Source of the DNA: Octopus sinensis
Lineage: Eukaryota
NCBI RefSeq assembly: GCF_006345805.1
Contig: NC_043001.1
Span: 116,808,001 to 116,872,000, forward strand
DNA: 64,000 bases
Reading direction: 5' to 3'
Positions 37,940 through 50,998 of the stretch are shown piece by piece. How positions within the stretch are numbered: position 1 is the stretch's first letter; every line of letters starts with the position of its first letter. The translations under genes were made by a program, and so were the position numbers. The notes beneath the pieces were generated by a model. The model had not been told where the DNA came from. It saw only the letters and a list, made by a program, of their open reading frames with translations, and searched no databases.

Positions 37940-38490
37940 GCTGGCAAAGATAAAAGATATTAAGATGAGAATAAGTAAGGCAAGGACTGCTTTTCACCTG
38001 TTAAAAAAAGTATGGAGCGCAAGTGTAATTTCAATAAAGGACAAAATAAGAATTTTTAACACTAATGTAAAAGCGGTGTTATTGCATGGGGCTGAGACAT
38101 GGCGAACAACAGTTAAGTAAAATAAGCAATTACAATCATTCATCAACAGGTGATGTGCAGTATACTTAAAAGTAGATGGCCCTAACACATAAGCAATATG
38201 GAGCTATGGCAAAGAACAAATGAAGTTTCGATTAGGGAGCAAATATTTAAGAAAAAGTGGAAGTGGATTGGTAGCACAATTAGAAAAGACACACCAAATG
38301 TAGCGAAAAGTGCTTTACAGTGGAAACTGGATGGATATAGAAGGAGAGGTAGTAGGTCAACACAAAGGGAACTAGAGAAAGGGGGACATTCATGGCAGAG
38401 TATAAGTACAGAAACAAAAAATTATGCGACATGGAATTCAACTATAAGTGGCCTATACTCCGCGTTGGAGGGCTAAAGGCAGGAAAGAAA
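37940..38490 (+). pseudogene. RTE-group LINE ORF2 C-terminal remnant
   Basis: DIKMRISKARTAFHLLKKVW..KIRIFNTNVKAVLLHGAETW and ELWQRT..KWKWIG..ALQWKLDGYRRRG. Confidence 0.88.
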
Positions 38491-39384
38491 AAAAGATAAA
38501 AGAAATAATGTAAGAAATATGATTCAGGTGTTGTAAAAATCTTTTCCAATTATAGTCTATTTTTTAAGCTGCTATTGTGATAATATAAATATCTTCAAAC
38601 AGGTACTCTTTCAAAATTCTTTCAAAGCAAAGATACAGTGTTACTAATATGAAGTCTTGTCTACAACACGTTAGAAGTCTGCACTTACTTGAATATCTCG
38701 GTTTTGAATACTGCTGATGTTTAGTTGGAAGAATTTTCAAAAGGATGTTGGTTTAAGTATATTTGTGTTAAGAAAACAACTTAAAAATAGATTCTATAAT
38801 TGCAAAACATTTTAACACCTGATTCATATCTCCTACATTGTTTATTTCAATTGTCTTTGCTAATTACTATTCATTTTACTTTTCCGTTATGAGTAAAGGC
38901 GTTTTTCATTTTCAAAATAGTAAATATATCAGTTTATATAAATTGTCTGCAAAAGACACTACTGCTAACTGAAGAGGTTGTACTATCATTCTTTTAACTG
39001 AGTTTATTAAGTGATACTGGGAGATGATTATACCAGTCCCTAAATATTCTTCTAGCTTTTCCTGTTTTGAGTTCAAAGGCTGCCGAGCCAACTTTGCTTT
39101 TTATTTATTCAGGTTTAGTAAAATAAGTACCAGTGAAGTACTGGGGTCAATGTAATCAATCAACTTACGCTCTTCCCCTAAAATTGTTGGCCTTGTGCCA
39201 AAATTTGATGCCTTTATTGTTATTAAGGTGGCGAACTGGCAGAATTGTTAATGTGTCAGACAAAAAAATACTTAGTGGCATTTCTTCTAGCTCTTTATAT
39301 TCTGAATTCAAACACCATTGAGGTCAACTTTGCCTTTTATCCTTTTGGTGTCAGTAAAATAAAGTACCAATCAATACCCAACAA

Positions 39385-39842
39385 ATGAAGTGAGTTCATG
39401 GCTCGCAGGACGGCCTGCTGTGCTAACCTTGGATCGTAGAGTGACCCGCTGTTCTTGAGGAGACCTGTTGAGTCAAGTACATCAACACCAACATCAAAAT
39501 AAAAATCAAATGGAAATTGTAGTTAAGATACCCGTGCTGGTGACACGTAAAAAGCACTGTTCGAACGTGGCTGATGTCAGTGCCGCCTGAATGGCGCCTG
39601 TGTCAGTGACACATAGAAAGCACCAACCGATCGTGGCTGTTTGCCAGCCTCCTCTGGCCCCTGTGCTGGTGGCACGTAAAAAGCACCCACTACACTCACG
39701 GAGTGGTTGGCGTTAGGAAGGGCATCCAGCTGTAGAAACATTGCCAGATCAGATTGGAGTCTGGTGCAGCCTCCTGGCTTCCCAGACCCTGTCCAACCCA
39801 TGCTAGTATGGAAAACGGACGTTAAACGATGATGATGATGAT
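39385..39842 (+). mobile_element. Repeat family C, long copy with three internal GTG..GGTG.CAC.TA.AAAGCAC repeats
   Basis: Ends CCAACCCATGCTAGTATGGAAAACGGACGTTAAAC(GAT)n. Confidence 0.8.
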
Positions 39843-40670
39843 TAATACTGAAATCCCACTGAAACCAACCTTGCCTTTCACTCAGCCCCTAAAATAATGT
39901 AAAAGTCAAGTGCTGGGGTTGATGTAATCGACTTGCACCCCTCCTCAAAATTGCTGTTCTTGTGCCAGATTTGGATAGAATTGTTATTATTTCAAAGAAT
40001 TGTTAACATGCTGTGCAAAATGCTTACTGGCACTTCATCTCTCTTTATGTTTTTTGAGTTCAAATTTTGCTGAGGCCAACTTTGCCTTTCATCCTTTTGG
40101 GGTTGAAATTAGTACAAGTTGAGCATTGGGGTTGATGTAATCAAATAGTCCCTTCCCCACAAATTTTCAGGCCTTGCGCATTTAGTAGAAAGGATTATTA
40201 TTATTATTATAATTATTATTATTATTACTAGCTGGACCCGTGTAAACTTCACGGAAAACATAAAAAATGTAAGCGTCTGTAAATTGTGTTGTGGTGCCAT
40301 GAGAAATGTTTCTATATTGTGACAGTTAGAGAATATAGAAAGAAGTGTAAAACCGATAACTATATAATCCAACCAAAATATTTCAGTTATGTAAACGTAA
40401 ACAGAATTACTATTTAACCTTAAAATACATCGTACATATTCAAAGAACTTTCTTGGTTTAGAGGTACGGAACATTCTTCTGGTATTTTATACTTTTACTT
40501 GTTTCAGTCATTTGACTGTGGCCATGCTGGAGCATTGCCCTTAAGTTGAAGAAATCGTCCCCTGGACTTATTTCCTGTAAGCCTGGTGCTTATTTTATCA
40601 GTCTCTTCTGCCGATCAGCTAAGTTATGGGAATGCAAACACACCAACATCGGTTATGAAGTGATGATGGC

Positions 40671-40672
<2 letters not shown>

Positions 40673-40744
<72 letters not shown>
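40673..40744. repeat. (CA)n microsatellite within a SINE family A copy (~40493-40750)
   Basis: Long pure CA run following the family-A 3' region. Confidence 0.9.
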
Positions 40745-40753
<9 letters not shown>

Positions 40754-41174
40754 TTGGGGTACCAAGGAGGCATGACAAAGACAAAGAAATTTTCACAACT
40801 GTCAGCTTGTACACACTGAAGTTCAGCTTGCCCAGGCTGCCAGCAACCCTAGGGCTGGCCCTGACTTGGGGGTTAACCTTGCAACTGATGGACATCCTGT
40901 CCAGGAGAAAGTTTTGTACTTTAGGTCACCTAATAACCTTGGAAACTCATTTGAGCTCCAGTCTCATGAAATAGAAATTTTCCTTGGCCTTAGAAATATA
41001 AGGAATATGAAGTTTAACTAAAGAAAATTCAAACTAGTCTTTAAATGGAACATCTCAGAGATAGTAAATATTTTTTAATAATTCATGTTTGTTATTATTT
41101 TGTGGTAGTTTGTTTTTTAAAATACATAATTTTTATTCTTTGTTTCTAATTGTTAAAATATTTTTTCATTTCAG

Positions 41175-41249
41175 TATTTCATAATATTACTGTTTATTTT
41201 CGTATTCCTGGTAATTGCTTCTATTTTGGCTGTCGTGTTCCGTGGAGAG
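41175..41249 (+). CDS. Tetraspanin coding exon 3 (TM3)
   Basis: tttcag|TAT...GAG|gtaaga; 75 nt; YFIILLFIFVFLVIASILAVVFRGE. Confidence 0.93.
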
Positions 41250-42724
41250 GTAAGATATCTTTATGCATCATCCTCATTTTATGTTTGTTTTTTCTCATGC
41301 TGTCAGGGTTTGGATGGGTCTTTGTTCTAACATTCATGAAAAGTGAAGAACACATTGAATACGGTTCAAAATGCATCAGCACTCGAGAAAATAATGTGAT
41401 GGTCAAGACTAGATACATTTTTAGGCTCCCACTGAGCCAAACTGCAAATCTAGTTTCATTTCTTGAGATTAGCTTTCACAACTTCTTTCTGTGTTTCTGA
41501 TTATTCCCTCTTTTACACTCTTGTACTTGAATTTTTTGGTACCTCCTCACTGAACTGTTATCCTTCATATACAAAACGTACCAATTGCCCTTTCCTTCTA
41601 CTACCAACACATTTTGTAGAATTGAAAATTGTGATCACCATCTGTGGCAATCAAAACCTTTTGACACGTCAAAACTTAGTAGAAAGCAATCTGCACACAG
41701 CTTGCTTGGACTGTACCTGACATTACTACAATGTCACATAAACTGTCAGAAATAGTAGCCAAATATCCATCAAATTACACACATCTGAATGTCTTGTAAA
41801 GAAAGGGACATATTAAATAATGTGGACTTCAATACACAATGCCCCCAAAATTCTCCCTCACCCAGCCTATTCCACAGGTATCTTTCTGAATAATAGCTAC
41901 TTTTTCTAGCATCTTGACAACAAGAGCCTTCAACAACCAAGCAGCTCAAAATGCCTTTGAAGAATTTAGTTGTTCCAAGACTCCAGAATTTCGTGCTGCT
42001 GCAATGAGTAGACTTGTCTCTTGTTGGCAATGCCTTTTACTCTCACTACTTTGTTTTATAATGTTTATTTCTATTTTTATACTTTTTGAACTATTGCACT
42101 TTCATTCCTCTCTCTCTCTCTCTCTCTCTCTCCTGTGTCATTTACTCCCTTGTCCTTCTCTTCTGTCTGTCTGTCTGATGTATAATAACTTATATAATAA
42201 TGAAATTATTGTATACAGTGCTCAGGTGCACCACAACTGCACAGGTGCACCACAACGTGTCATATTGCACCTCTTATATTAATTCTCCTGTATCTTTCTT
42301 TTATACTCTCTCTCTCTCTCTCCACACACACACACATAGTCTAAAGTATGAGTGGAGAAACCAACCAACCACCCAACCAACATTTATAGTGGCTATTACT
42401 ATACAGACATCAAGATCGCATTTGCTTTCTTTGGTTAAAGCCCAATACAGTAGACAGCTGTCATGTATTGGATACTGGATTGATTCTGTTATTTTTGCCC
42501 AATTTACAACAAAATTGTGTATCACAACATCAGAGAAAATATCATGCATGACTTATTGTGGCTCTATACATTCAATGTTTAGCTTTTCATCCTTCTGGGA
42601 TCAATAAAGTACCAGTCAATTATTGTGGTAATTGACTGCCCTTCCCCTAAAAATTGCTAGTTTTGTGTGCTTAAATCAGAAATTATTGTTGTTATTATTA
42701 ATTTAACTATGTCATTTATTTTAG

Positions 42725-42844
42725 TTAGAAGATGTCATGTCGAAATCCATGGGAGAAACTCTGATAAAGCAATATGGTAATGATATTGAACGAAATGCAG
42801 AGAACAGGGCCGTCACTAAAGCTTGGGATCTTACACAAGAAAGG
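42725..42844 (+). CDS. Tetraspanin coding exon 4 (EC2 helices A/B)
   Basis: ttttag|TTA...AGG|gtaagt; 120 nt; LEDVMSKSMGETLIKQYG...VTKAWDLTQER. Confidence 0.93.
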
Positions 42845-43379
42845 GTAAGTGTTGGCAAATCACTCATGAATAACATGTTGGTAAGAGCACAAAAATACAC
42901 ACAACACCACACAGCCAAGCTAATGTAGGAGCCTCTGAACCTGCTAAATATAGCAGCCATATCTCTCTTTAATCAGGCCCCAGTTATGGAAGGACATACT
43001 AGATAATATGTGAAAAGAATCAATGGAATGCTGTTGATCATATTTCTGCTCAATCTTGGCAATCTGTAGTCAATATATATGCACACTACTTGCCCCATAT
43101 GACATTGCATCGCTTTTCATGACTTAATATCAAAGTAGTATATGAAAAGCAAGTTAGCCTAGCAGAGACCATACTTCTATTGACTTGTGCCAAATTTATA
43201 GGCATAAATCCTGTAAATATTAGAGGAAAGATGAATTCAAAACTGTGATATTCAGGACTCATTTAAAGGCATTAACATTGCAATGAAGTGAAATTACCCC
43301 CACCCCACCAAAGAAGCAAAAAGAAAAGGAATAAGTGGCTGAAGTCCAGTTGCTTATTATCACTTCAATGTATGACTTT

Positions 43380-43500
43380 GTATATTGTTTTTAATGAAGA
43401 TGAAAATGTTCCAAAGTGTCTATTCAATGGAGAACTAGTTTCTGGGAAAATGCCCACTTACAAACTTGAAGTCGAGATAGAAATACTCCTTCAGATGTGA
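43380..43500 (+). pseudogene. Small RTE-like ORF2 fragment
   Basis: EDENVPKCLFNGELVSGKMPT resembles the RTE motif D.RxPKxxxYGELxxGxRPxGR. Confidence 0.4.
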
Positions 43501-43584
43501 TCTGGAAAAGGGGAAAATTTTGGAATGCTGGGAAATTATTGCAATTGATAAAACATCATCGATAAAAGCTAAACTCGATATATA

Positions 43585-44090
43585 ACAATAACAAAATTAT
43601 TGTATACAGTGCTCAGGTGCACCACAACTTGTCAAAAGTGTGTATAAAGTATATGCAGTAATGTACAAATGTCTGGAAAGTGAACAGTATATGAGTCAGA
43701 TACATGCTTGCATGTGTATGGAGGGGAGGAAATCAGGTGTAGTGTTGGCGAATCTCAGAAAGCATGGAAGTATTGAAGGATGCAGTGCTCCGACAACTAA
43801 GAACTGATGCCGGCAGTTTGTTCCATGCTTCAGCAACTCTCAGCATGAAAAAATGTTTCCTGAAGTCATGGGAGCTGTGCTGTTTTCTGACTTTGTAAAT
43901 ATGCCCACGGGTGTTAGATGGGTGGAGTTTGAAAAAGTGCTCAGAGTTATTGTTTGTAAGATGGTTAATAATTTTATGGGTGTCTGCCAAGTCAGCTGCC
44001 AGACGTCGGAGTTTCAATGTGTCCATGCCCAGGGAAGTAAGGCAATGTATCCGTGCATTTGGAAGAAAATTTGCATTTAAACATGCAAAG
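43585..44090 (-). mobile_element. CR1-clade LINE 3' portion
   Basis: LDTLKLRRLAADL..TRGHIYKVRKQHSSHDFRKHFFMLRVAEAWNKLP followed by 3' UTR and short-repeat tail. Confidence 0.9.
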
Positions 44091-44999
44091 AATTTGAAAT
44101 GTCATGCAAATAAACAAAGTCCTATTGATATCACTTATCCTTTCAAATGTTCAGCTTGTAACTGAATTTGTCTTTTTAATGCTGGTTTTGTTAACCATTC
44201 AAAGATAGATGAACCAAAGCAACCACACTGGATTAACGATTAAGTAAAATAAGCACATGCTTAGGGCATGAAGGGAAGTGGTGGTGGTACCGCGGATATG
44301 GTAAATAGTTTACAGCACAAAAGAAACTGCTTTAAACTTGCTAAAATAATATTCAGTGTGGTTTATATGACTGGAAATATAATTTCAAAGTGTTCATGGT
44401 GTCATAGAGAGGGTCTGATCAAGGACCTCGTGATTAAAAAAAAGTAGAAAACCAAAAGACTGATTGAACAAAACTATGGTCTGAAAATGTAACCCATGAT
44501 TATCCTACCCATAAATTTACACTTGATCTAATTTTATGCTCTTCCAACACAATGAATTGACCTTGTCTATGTTTTTCCTACCACAATGTTTTCAAAAGTT
44601 ATATGTGTGTGTGTGTGTGTGTGGGGGGTTCTAGTAGCATATTTAAAAAGTTTTATGATGTCAATACCTACCAACAATATTGTTCTTCCATTGTGACAAA
44701 TAAAATAATCGTGACCAAAGAATGTCTGGGTATTTAGATCCACTTCAAAGACAGCATCTTAGCTTCTTGTATCTGTGACTCTTCAGCAACCATATTTATT
44801 ATTTCTGCTACACTTCGGCAAACAGAAGGTTTGCACAGTAAATCGAACTTAGCAAAAGTACACCACATAAGTATTGTAGATATATTCTGTAATTAATTTT
44901 AGCTTAATCAGTATTTAATTAGTTATCTAAGTAATTCTCTAATTATATTTTGTTATGCTTAATTATTTACACCTATCTTTTGATTTAATCTTTCTTCAG

Positions 45000-45072
45000 T
45001 TGGAATGTTGCGGAGTAGATTCAAGAGGTTGGGAAATATACAGAGAATCTCGCTGGTACCGTGACCAACCCA
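45000..45072 (+). CDS. Tetraspanin coding exon 5 (CCG motif)
   Basis: cttcag|TTG GAA TGT TGC GGA...CCC A|gtaagt; LECCGVDSRGWEIYRESRWYRDQP; ends in phase 1. Confidence 0.95.
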
Positions 45073-45419
45073 GTAAGTTTTTTGATTTTTCTTGATGTTT
45101 TGTTGAAAATAAACTCTTTTGCATAGAAGGAAAAGTAAATCCTATTGATGATGTTGTGTGACCCCAGATCAACTGTAGCCAAACAGATAATAATTAAGGA
45201 CATTATAATCGTGACCATCCCCATTAATTTTTAGGATTATCAAAGACTATAGTATCTAATGTATCCCTGCTTTTGTTCAAGATGGTAGAATATTCTTGTT
45301 GGCTTAAAATTTCATTCTTGTCTGTATTTTTAGGGGGTTTATTTTAATTTTTTCTCTTGTCATGAAATAAGTCTTTTATCTGTGCTTCAGTACAAACCAT
45401 CAGTGATTCTTCCTAAATG

Positions 45420-45640
45420 GGCTGAGATTTGAATTAGCTGAATATTGGTTTCAAATTTTGGCACAAGGCCAGCAATTTTGGAGGAGTTGATTACATCAAC
45501 CCTAGTGCTCAACTTGTTGTCCCTGAAAAGATGAAAGCAAAGTTGTCCATGGCAGAATTTGAATTCAGACCGTAAAGATGGACGAAATGCCACTAAGCAT
45601 TTTCCTGGCCCGCTAACAAGTTTGCCAACTCACTGCCTTA
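45420..45640 (-). mobile_element. SINE family B, diverged
   Basis: Reverse complement gives GGCAGTGAGTTGGCAAACTTGTTAGC head and family core. Confidence 0.75.
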
Positions 45641-47639
45641 AATCAGTTGAAAATTAAAATTGATTCTTCCTTTTTTTATCACACGGTATGATAGGACTAG
45701 GACCAGTGTTTAGTTCTGGTTACCAATAATACAAGGAAGTTGTCAGATAAATCTTTCACCAGATGTGAGGCTTGTACAGGGAACATATTTTTTTGGCTAA
45801 AGAGAAAATTGAACTAACACCTCAATTAGCTAAACATTCATTAGGTCTGCAATGTTGCAACAGAGAATTTTACCTCCCTATGATACCTATTAGGACTAGG
45901 TAAACCTGGTTATTCAGAGTTAAATGTCCTGGTTTGTATATTCCTTATTACAACACTTTGGACATGTTATAAACTGCTAAGTATTGAGGGACGACCTAGG
46001 TAGGTAGATAGTATTGCTAACTTGGTCATCTTTAGATCTCTGATTCAATGTTTTGTGATTTGATAAGTTGAAGAAGAACAGTAGCTGTCTCTTCTTGGTT
46101 AGGGCCTTTGAGATTGTAGTGAAGAAACAGAAGAACTGACAACCCTTATGTTGAGAGAACTGACAACCCTTATATTCAAGTCTGGAAAATGAAGCAATCT
46201 TGAACTTTACTGGTCCTTGGAAATTGTAGCAGAAAAATAGAAGAATGGCAGTCATAAGCTTTTTGTTGAAGTTTTGCAACTGAAACAAGTAAAAGAAGAA
46301 ACTCTGGCCTCTTTGTAGAGTCTTCAAAGCTGTATTGAGGAAATGGACGGAAAATGTCTGACCTTTTACAGGGCTTCCAAGAATATTGGGAAAACAAGAA
46401 GAAACAATAATCTCTTTATAGAACCTTTGAAACTGTAGCAGGGAAGAAAGTACTGACCTTTTTGTTTTAGGATTTTTGAGGCTGTAGAAGGGAAGAAAGA
46501 AGAAACTTGTAGTTTATAATTTGACTGGAGACCTGATCAGAATGGACTCTGCTAAATGCATCCAGGAAACGGTTGGTAGTATTAACTTGGGCAAGAGATT
46601 GTCTATCATTGAAAAGAACCCTGGACATCCCCCCACCAAAAAAAAAAAATTATAAACCATCTCAGTTATAAGCCAATCAACAGGATTCCCCGGTTTCTTT
46701 CTACTCTATTTTACTCAAAGTTTATGTTGACTCCATATCAAATTATAAAGACAGTCCAGTGTGGTGTACAGTGGGATGTAATTCTAGACCATGTTATTGT
46801 GAATATCCATGCTTACAGCTTTTCATACATAATACAACAAAATCATATTCACACACAACACACATGACAATCCCCAAATATTTTAAAGTCTTTATCTGTG
46901 CCTTTCTTTTCATGTTAAATATTTGTAGATCTGTTTGTGTATCTTTCAGTTATGTCTGTGTATTTACATAAGCCAGTAAGCATGTATTCTTACATAATAC
47001 TTTTTAACTCTATTTCTTATTTTCTGCTTATCTATTTGTACACAAATTTGTGAATGCCTCAGTTTATGTCCTGAGGTCCTTTTTTCTTTTTACAATTTTT
47101 GAAATGTTTTTAGTTATTGCTGTTTAGGCTTAAAGTTGGTTATCTCTCATCAAAGACTTTTTGATTATCTTGAATTTTTTCAAACACAGAGTATCTAGGA
47201 CTACATTTTCTAATGCAGTGGTTCTCAATCCTGAAGGCATGTGGCCTAGCAGTTAGGGTGATAAGGTCATGGGTTCAATTCCTGGACTGGGTGGTACATG
47301 TTTTTGATCAGGTTACACCATTTCACCATGTTACTGTCTACTGGTACTGTTTTCTCTCTCCTGTTGTCACATCCTGGGTATGCTGCTGCTGTCATAAGTG
47401 AGGGGGCCAAGGGAATGAGTGTGTGTGTGTGTGTCTGGTTGCAACAACATAGGCACCTCCAGCAAGCATGGTATGTACTACTAAGCCACTTCACTTGTGA
47501 GTAACAGCTGGCTAAAGTGCATCATAATCTTTTTGGCTTAGTGGCACACTGGAGATAAAAATATAATTACTGGTACACTTAGTTTAAAAAAGCACAATTA
47601 AAAAATTCAGGAAAAATGTATAAAAAATACCTAAAAAAA

Positions 47640-48120
47640 CCCCAACTTAAACCTTGTTTTATGTTATACTTGTTTATAGCAAAATTACGAATAGTAAGGC
47701 TTTTAACATGCTCAAGCATAGATTTGCTGCAGCCCCGAATTGTATATTTAGAAATCTGTAGAACACTTAAATACCTCTTGCAATCAGTGCTGCCTCCTGA
47801 GCTTGTTAGGCAGTTGCCCAGGAGCTCCAAGAGTCTAGTAGCCTAAAGCAGATCTATGTATTATAGCTTGATTCAATAAATGCTATAAGCCTTTGTGCAT
47901 TTTTTTTGTCTGGTGGGTTGTGGTAGTGCTATAATGTTCTATAGGTCCACTGATTTGATGTATCTTTTTTTTTTTGAGATGCTAAGGTATTATTTAAGTG
48001 AGATTTAATTGCTAATTTTAGCAGGTCAAGCCATTGCACTGAAGCTTCTGCATCAGCTAGTGTTGGTCATGATTTGCTTCAGGTTAGCCATAACAAAGCA
48101 GACATTATGAGACACTCCTT
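47640..48120 (-). pseudogene. Highly decayed CR1/L2-like ORF2 C-terminal fragment
   Basis: GPIEHYSTTTTHQTKK...LGY*TLGAPG...LRRQH*LQEVFK loosely follows RPxLEY..P..KK..YxERLxxLGL..RR..DLxEVFK. Confidence 0.35.
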
Positions 48121-48798
48121 ATGTGACTGACCAATCTCTAATGTTTTTCATTATTTTGTTTAAACTACAAGGGAGGTCTGAGAGAGTGTTTGTGCTTGTT
48201 TGTGACTACATAAGCACCTAAAGCAATTAGCGAAAGCATGGTATTTGTTATCAAGTCATGCTCATTTGTGAGTGATAGCTATAGTCTTTTTTTCCCCACC
48301 TATCTCCCTCTATGGTCGGCTTTTGGTGGATGAGGGAATTGGATACCACTGCTCTTATTGGTGTTTCTTGACATGACACAGGTTCATCTAGAATTTGTTA
48401 TTCTGCCACCACTGAAATAAACAAATATAACCACATGCTCTAAAGTGGTTTATGAGTAAATGATATAGGGTTGAGGAAACCTTTTAGTCTTGTCATGGAT
48501 ATTACAACCCTTCTAATGCTGGTGTCATGATATATAACAACCAGTACACTCTGTAAAGTTGTTGTGTTAGGAAAGATGCCCAGTCACAGAAACCAAGCAA
48601 AAAAAAGAAAAAACAAGATGTGACCCTCCAATCCATTTAGGAGACTATTAATGATTGGCTCAACCTATGCTAGCATGAATAAGAAATGATGATGTTGAAA
48701 TGAAAAAATTAAATTCTCTGGCGTTATTTTATCGTCACTTTTTCCATGCTAATTAGGGGAAAAAATGTAAAATTCTTCTTCTCAATATTTTCCTCTAG

Positions 48799-48941
48799 AC
48801 ACTGCCATCAAGTTCGTACCTGTTTCCTGTTGTAAAAATATTCATGTCAACAGAATAACTAGGACGAGGCACTGCCAAGAAACCACTATGGGTCCACCTG
48901 CTGTTACAGAAGGTGGCAAAAATGACTATTTATTTTATCAG
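48799..48941 (+). CDS. Tetraspanin coding exon 6 (PxSCC motif)
   Basis: ctctag|AC...CAG|gtaaac; completes the phase-1 codon (AAC); TAIKFVPVSCCKN...RHCQETTMGPP...NDYLFYQ. Confidence 0.95.
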
Positions 48942-49232
48942 GTAAACTTTCTCTAATTATTTTTTCATGTTTTTTTTCTTTAAAAATATTTCAACTGTAA
49001 CAAAGATTAGAAATATGTTTTAATTTTTCCAAATTTAGTGATTAAAAAAAATCTAATTGCTCAAACAAAAACCAGTTTTACATTTTTAAAAATTCTGTTA
49101 GTGTCATCCCCAAAATGTGTTCCTGATCTAACACACATAGAGCTATCTTCCTCAAAACCATTAACTAGACTATCTTACCTATTATATATCTTATATGGAC
49201 TATTGGCTAGTGATGTGTCCTAATGAAAAATA

Positions 49233-49625
49233 TGAAGTAGCATCAAAAAGTTCCTGGACTAGTTGTGTTTAATAAAAAATAACTTACGATATTTATCTAA
49301 GTTTTAGCATCATCTCCTTTGAAATAGTCACTCTATACAGCAATACACTGGTCCCAGAATTCCCACCACTTTTGGAATCCTGTCTGGAAGTAGTATTCAC
49401 TCTTGATCTCATCAACAGAGTTAAAATGGTGACCTTTGAGCTGCATTTTCATCTTGGGGAAGAAATGAAAGTCAGCACATGCTAAATCTAGAAATAGGGC
49501 AGCAGGTGCGGTAGTGATACCTTGTTGTTTTGGGGGGAAGAAACTTATGAGTAGGGAGAGTTAGGGGACAGAGTGCATTGTCATCATGAAGAATCCAATT
49601 CTTTGCACTCCACAAATCCAGTCGT
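49233..49625 (-). pseudogene. Mariner (irritans-like) 3' remnant
   Basis: WILHDDNAL, FFPKMKMQLKGHHFNSVDEIK, FQKWWEFWDQCIAV*SDYFKGD and a TIR-like end TA|TGAAGTAGCATCAAAAAGTTCCTGGACT. Confidence 0.7.
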
Positions 49626-50021
49626 AAAAATAAATGAATAAAACGAAAAATATATACAATTGGTTAAAGTGTGTTATTTTTCACCTGCCGGCTTTAAAGA
49701 CTAGACCCACTCTCAATTGCATTGCCTATATTGCCCTTAATTTGAATATAATGAAATTATTGTATACAGTGCTCAGGTGCACCACAACCCTTCTTGGATT
49801 TATTCTTATTGGAGTTATCCCCCTTACTTATTAGCTTAGATTTCAAACACTCTTAGAGGGACTTTTCCCACCTTTTTAATTGCATGTATAATATCGATAT
49901 AGTAATTCTAATGTGAGAACCAACCCTATTTATAGCAGCATTCCTCCTATTTGGGTTTCAACGAGGAAGTTTATTCAACATTTGGTAATTCCTTGCTCAC
50001 ACTGTATCTGTTTACTTTCAG

Positions 50022-50105
50022 GGCTGCTATGATGCTGCCTACACATTCGTGATGGATCAAGCTGGCATTCTTTTAGCGATTGGCTTTTCTTTCTCCATTG
50101 TTTTG
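50022..50105 (+). CDS. Tetraspanin coding exon 7 (last EC2 Cys, TM4 start)
   Basis: tttcag|GGC TGC TAT...TTG|gtgagt; 84 nt; GCYDAAYTFVMDQAGILLAIGFSFSIVL. Confidence 0.95.
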
Positions 50106-50576
50106 GTGAGTATTAAGACATCATTTAAATGAATTTATGAATAAGACCGTCGTGTGTAATGTCAGCTTTCATAGAAGAGTTATGTACGAAAATGCCTTGT
50201 AACATCCTTCATACTTACTGTCTTAGATCTGTCATATACCTATAAATTCCATTAGGCTGGAGCTAATTCCAGCTTTCACGGCATATATGTGATCAAGAGT
50301 ACAACACACCTCCATGAATGAGAAGCCTACCTACCTCAGAGTTAACCTCACCCTCCATAGTTGCTGGTACTCGTTTTCAACTAAGTGGACTAGAACAGTG
50401 TGAAATGATGTTTTGCTCAAGAAGACAACATGCTACTTGGTTTGAGAATCATAACCAGAATCCTACATTCATAAGTCCAACACCTTCATCTCATTAGTTA
50501 ACGATATTTGTGCAACGAAAAGAAAACATTAGCCTAATAACTACTATTAATCTAATCTTGTCAAGTAGTAAGAGCA

Positions 50577-50619
50577 GTTCTGGACATGTTTCAGCCTTAT
50601 TAGATCTCCTCAGTAAAGC
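50577..50619 (-). ncRNA. Minimal type-I hammerhead ribozyme-like motif (decayed)
   Basis: gcttta CUGAGGA gaucu aaua aggcu GAAA caugUC cagaac: intact core, palindromic stem III (ACAUGU), imperfect stems I and II. Confidence 0.55.
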
Positions 50620-50864
50620 AAAGGGTTTTCCATACTCCCCAGGTTGATAAGAGAATCACTGTATTGATTGAAATACAATAATGTGTATAAAGATGTATCA
50701 AAAGTTATAATGACTGGTAGAATTTTACCCATGGGTGCCACATTTTCATGCACTTTGTGTCCAGAAGTAATTTCCTCTAGGTTTTGATACCCTTTCTCTT
50801 TAAGGGTTTGTCTGGTGAAGCGGTCACTTCCTGTAGACCATTTTGGCTTTCTTAGACTAGGTCT

Positions 50865-50965
50865 TTTGGGGGTTGATAAAATAAGTACCAGTTGAGCACT
50901 AGGGTCAATATAATTGATTAGCAAGTTCTCGCTAAAATTATTGGTCTCATGCCAAAATTTGAAAC

Positions 50966-50998
<33 letters not shown>

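Noticed and set aside
41150-41500. 116-aa hydrophobic ORF resembling a membrane protein
   Set aside because: It overlaps tetraspanin exon 3 in the wrong frame and continues into the intron.
46100-46520. Purine-rich block with short direct repeats, considered as a CRISPR-like or coding array
   Set aside because: Repeats are irregular and degenerate, with no constant repeat-spacer period and no open frame.
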